Assembly (NCBI GenBank): GCA_029856155.1
Contig: JAHQWL010000064.1
Span: 1 to 29,370 of the forward strand
Source of the DNA: Promethearchaeia archaeon
GTDB taxonomy: Archaea > Asgardarchaeota > Lokiarchaeia > Sigyniarchaeales > SOKP01
DNA length: 29,370 bases
Reading direction: 5' to 3'
The position numbers were made by a program, and so were the translations under genes. The notes under the pieces are model-generated. The model made no database searches, was not told the DNA's origin, and saw only the letters and a list, made by a program, of their open reading frames with translations. Below, piece after piece: positions 26,221 to 29,370 of this stretch. The first letter of the stretch is position 1. The number at the start of each line of letters is the position of its first letter.

Positions 26221-27399
26221 TTAGTTTCTCTTTTTTCCGAGAAAAGGCATTGCGTGCTCGTATCCTTTCATTACAAAACGCGAGATAACAATTCTCTGAA
26301 TCTCACTGGTACCTTCATAGATTTGGTATAATTTTGCATCCCTAAATAATTTTTCAACGGGGTATGTTCTCAAGTAACCATAACCTCCAAAAATTTGAAT
26401 TGCTTCTGTCGTTACATTCATAGCAACATCTGAGGCGAAAGCTTTGGCAATAGAAGAACTTAAATTATTGTCCATTCCTTGATCAGCTTCCCAAGCGGCT
26501 TTATATGTTAATAAACGTGCAGCTTCAATATCTTTATACATGTTAGCTATCTTTTCTTGAATTACTTGATAATTTCCAATTAACCTTCCAAAAGCTTCTC
26601 TTTTTTGAGCATAATCAATAGAGTATTCCATTGCAGAACGAGCACATCCAATTGCAAATGCACCAATGGCGGGACGAGTATGAGCAAATGTTTGCATAGC
26701 TAAAACAAACCCTCTTCCAGGTTTGGCTAGAACATTTTCTTTAGGTATCCTAACATCTTTTAAACCAACTGATACTGTATTTGATGACCTTTGACCTAAT
26801 TTAGGGATATGTTTGCCTAATTTAACTCCTTCAGTTTTTGTATCTACAATAAATGCTGCTATCCCTTTATGCTTTTGCTCAGGATCTATCGTAGCAAATA
26901 CAGTAATATAATCAGCATATCCTCCATTAGTAATCCAAAACTTATTTCCATTTAAAATATATTCGTCTCCATCTTTTTCTGCTTTGCATTTCATTCCAGC
27001 GACGTCAGAACCCATCATTGGTTCAGAGGTTGCAAAAGCAATCAATTTGAACTCATTAACTAATTCACTCAAAATTCTTTGCTTTTGTTCTTCGTTACCA
27101 CCAATTACAATTGGTTCAGCACCAAGGTTATTATCAAAGATTGAAGTTGCAATTCCTGGACATGCAGATGATATTTCTTCAACAACAATACAGGAACTTA
27201 ATAAACCAAAACTTGGGCCTCCATATTTCTTAGGGATTCCTAAGTTTAATAATCCTTCTTCCCAAGCTTTTTTAATAACTGGCAAAGGAAATTCTTCAGA
27301 TTCATCGTATTTTCCTGCAACTGGTAAAACTTCACGAATTGCAAATTCTCTCGCTTTTTTTTGGAGAGCTTTTTGTTCCTCAGTTAGTATAAAATCCAT
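26221..27399 (-). CDS. Acyl-CoA dehydrogenase (butyryl-CoA/MCAD-like)
   Basis: FATSEPMMGSD, LNGNKFWITNG, KLGQRSS, QIFGGYGY, IYEGTSEIQR. Confidence 0.95.
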   Translation of the reverse strand: MDFILTEEQKALQKKAREFAIREVLPVAGKYDESEEFPLPVIKKAWEEGLLNLGIPKKYGGPSFGLLSSCIVVEEISSACPGIATSIFDNNLGAEPIVIGGNEEQKQRILSELVNEFKLIAFATSEPMMGSDVAGMKCKAEKDGDEYILNGNKFWITNGGYADYITVFATIDPEQKHKGIAAFIVDTKTEGVKLGKHIPKLGQRSSNTVSVGLKDVRIPKENVLAKPGRGFVLAMQTFAHTRPAIGAFAIGCARSAMEYSIDYAQKREAFGRLIGNYQVIQEKIANMYKDIEAARLLTYKAAWEADQGMDNNLSSSIAKAFASDVAMNVTTEAIQIFGGYGYLRTYPVEKLFRDAKLYQIYEGTSEIQRIVISRFVMKGYEHAMPFLGKKRN

Positions 27400-27412
27400 T
27401 TTTTTGCCTCTT

Positions 27413-28600
27413 TTACCCCATTTTTTCTATTAATTTGTCTACAATTTCTTTAAAATCTAAATCTTCTGGTCTTGGAACAAACTTAATTTCTATTGTATCT
27501 TCCATTACATCAATTTTAGCAGCGTTCATCAATTCCACGATTTCTTTTACAGCACCTCCGCCCCAACCGAATGAGCCAAAAGCTAATCCAACCTTATTCA
27601 AAGGCTTTAAACCCTTTTGATAAGATAAATATTCTGCTACAGTTGGATATAGTCCATTATTTAGAGTAGGGCTCCCAACTAAGATTGCTTTTGCTTTCAT
27701 AGCTTCGGTTATCACATCTGAATAATCGGCATTAGTCAATCTATACCTTTTTACTGGAATTCCTCGATGCTTAATTTCATTGGTTAATGCTTTTGCAATT
27801 TTTGCGGTACTTTCCCACATTGTGTCGTATACGATAAGGACACTTTTTTCATCAATTTCGCCTTTACTCCATTTAGTATATCTTTCTAAGATTTCAGGAA
27901 TATGGTTCCTCCAGCAGATCCCGTGAGAAGGACATATAATTTCGATCGGCAATGCTCCAACCTTTGGTATTGTCTTTGCTATCAACCCAGAAAGATGAAG
28001 TAAAATGTTCGCATAATATTTTTCTGCTTCTTGAAATACTTCAGCAAGATCATTTTCATCATCCCAACGCTTGGATGTTGCATAATGTTGTCCAAAAGCA
28101 TCATTTGAAAATAATACATTTTTCCCATTCTCGTCAGTCATAAAAGAAACCATAGAATCGGGCCAATGAATCATTGGAATAGGCACAAATGTAAACTTTT
28201 TACCGTTTCCAATATCTAAAGTATCCCCTTCCTCGACAGCTCTAATTTTATTGAATATATCCTCAGCAATTTCCTCATGAAAATGAGCTTTTAAAATTTC
28301 AACCCCCCTCTTTGAAGCAATTAATTCAGCATTAGGAAGATATTTGAGGATTAATGGAAAAGAGCCAGAATGATCCATCTCAACATGATTTGTAATATAG
28401 TAATCAATTTCGGAAGGATCGCAGACATCCTTAATATTCCCCAAAAAGTAGTCAAAATAAGGACGTTTAACAGTATCAATAAGTACAGTTTTCTCTCCTT
28501 TAACTATATATGAATTATAACTACTCCCTCGGTTAGTAGAATATCCATGAAAATTCCGTACCTCCCAATCTACATAACCAACATAATAGATATCTTTCAT
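27413..28600 (-). CDS. fprA: Flavodiiron protein (FprA, class A; O2/NO reductase)
   Basis: NHVEMDHSG, HWPDSM, SNDAFGQH, PSHG, YDTMWEST, GSPTLN, FGSFGWGG. Confidence 0.95.
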   Translation of the reverse strand: MKDIYYVGYVDWEVRNFHGYSTNRGSSYNSYIVKGEKTVLIDTVKRPYFDYFLGNIKDVCDPSEIDYYITNHVEMDHSGSFPLILKYLPNAELIASKRGVEILKAHFHEEIAEDIFNKIRAVEEGDTLDIGNGKKFTFVPIPMIHWPDSMVSFMTDENGKNVLFSNDAFGQHYATSKRWDDENDLAEVFQEAEKYYANILLHLSGLIAKTIPKVGALPIEIICPSHGICWRNHIPEILERYTKWSKGEIDEKSVLIVYDTMWESTAKIAKALTNEIKHRGIPVKRYRLTNADYSDVITEAMKAKAILVGSPTLNNGLYPTVAEYLSYQKGLKPLNKVGLAFGSFGWGGGAVKEIVELMNAAKIDVMEDTIEIKFVPRPEDLDFKEIVDKLIEKMG

Positions 28601-28764
28601 TAATTCTAAATGTGTAATTTCAATTTCACCTTCATTAACTAGGATTTATAATTTATTTTTTAATAGTAATTCAAATCAAGTTAAAAACTTATATTCTATT
28701 TATTATAAAATTTTATAGAAATTAAGCAATAAAAAAAAATTAAAGAAGAAAATTGATTTATTGG

Positions 28765-28902
28765 TTATTCAATTTTTTCAAACATGTCTTTTCCTACACC
28801 ACAAACGGGGCAAGTCCAATCGTCTGATAGATCTTCAAATTTAGTACCTTCAGCTTCTTCATCATAAACATAGCCACATGCCTGGCATTCCCATTTTCCC
28901 AT
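28765..28902 (-). CDS. Rubredoxin (45 aa; missing from the ORF track)
   Basis: Manual translation: [45 protein letters not shown]; two CxxCG knuckles. Confidence 0.95.
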   Translation of the reverse strand: MGKWECQACGYVYDEEAEGTKFEDLSDDWTCPVCGVGKDMFEKIE

Positions 28903-29370
28903 ACTATACACATCTTTTTAATTTTAAGTAGTAATACTTTCTATTATGGATTACAATTGAATGTATAATAAAAATATTAATTTAATAATTTATAAATAAA
29001 CTTCTTCTTCGTTTGCGTTTTTATTGCTTTAATTTTTGAATTTAGATGAAAAGACTAACTATATTCAGAAGATCATTAAGTCCTCGTATTAATAGGGAAA
29101 GAAAGATTGATTAAAACGAGGATTATTTCCTCAAGAATCTCCAAAAACTCTCTATTAATCCCAAATTTATGAAGAAATAAGACATAAGGATGAATAAGAG
29201 TTTTTTTAACATAAATTTAATTTTTACGTAAATAATTCAAACTAAAAATTACTAAGTTTGAAAGAAAATTAACTAATTTTTCATTGGTATCAAAAAATTC
29301 CATTATAGATAAATGATGATATAAAATCGCATTGATAAGATTATAAATAATAATAAACATTTCAACCAAT

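Noticed and set aside
22603-28143. ORFs 22603-22872, 23962-24192, 24565-24879, 26984-27433, 27435-27620, 27952-28143
   Set aside because: Antisense shadows of rubrerythrin, the transporter, ACAD and FprA.
1-29370. CRISPR arrays, tRNA/rRNA genes, transposases or integrases
   Set aside because: No regularly spaced repeats, cloverleaf-like GC-rich segments or recombinase motifs were seen on manual reading. A tRNAscan/Infernal run would be needed to exclude them formally.

Overview
AT-rich archaeal chromosomal window (roughly 30% GC by eye). It is most consistent with an Asgard archaeon of the Lokiarchaeia type; this is an inference from aIF-1A, RNase Z, a SNAP/TPR-like helical protein, bacterial-like redox genes and codon style. 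The left part carries a HAD hydrolase, a SNAP-like TPR protein, a ThiS/MoaD/SAMP-type ubiquitin-like gene, aIF-1A, a cold-shock protein, RNase Z, a long coiled-coil protein and a MacB/LolD-type ABC pair. The right part is a sulfur-relay, Fe-S and oxidative-stress region: corrinoid protein, TusA-IscS-IscU, a CCG Fe-S protein, a CoA-disulfide reductase-rhodanese-TusA-rhodanese fusion, CcdA/TlpA, rubrerythrin, desulfoferrodoxin, and rubredoxin-FprA-acyl-CoA dehydrogenase. The standout signal is a 30-nt in-frame, stop-containing insert (3392-3421) in the ubiquitin-like gene. It folds into an archaeal bulge-helix-bulge/loop splicing motif, and its predicted cut sites restore the C-terminal ...LPHIAGG exactly. 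This makes it a candidate mRNA intron removed by the tRNA-splicing endonuclease, gating production of a functional diglycine modifier or sulfur carrier. Also notable are an IscS lacking the PLP lysine and an IscU fused to a degenerate thioredoxin-reductase NAD(P)H domain. No rRNA, tRNA, CRISPR array or transposase was recognised.
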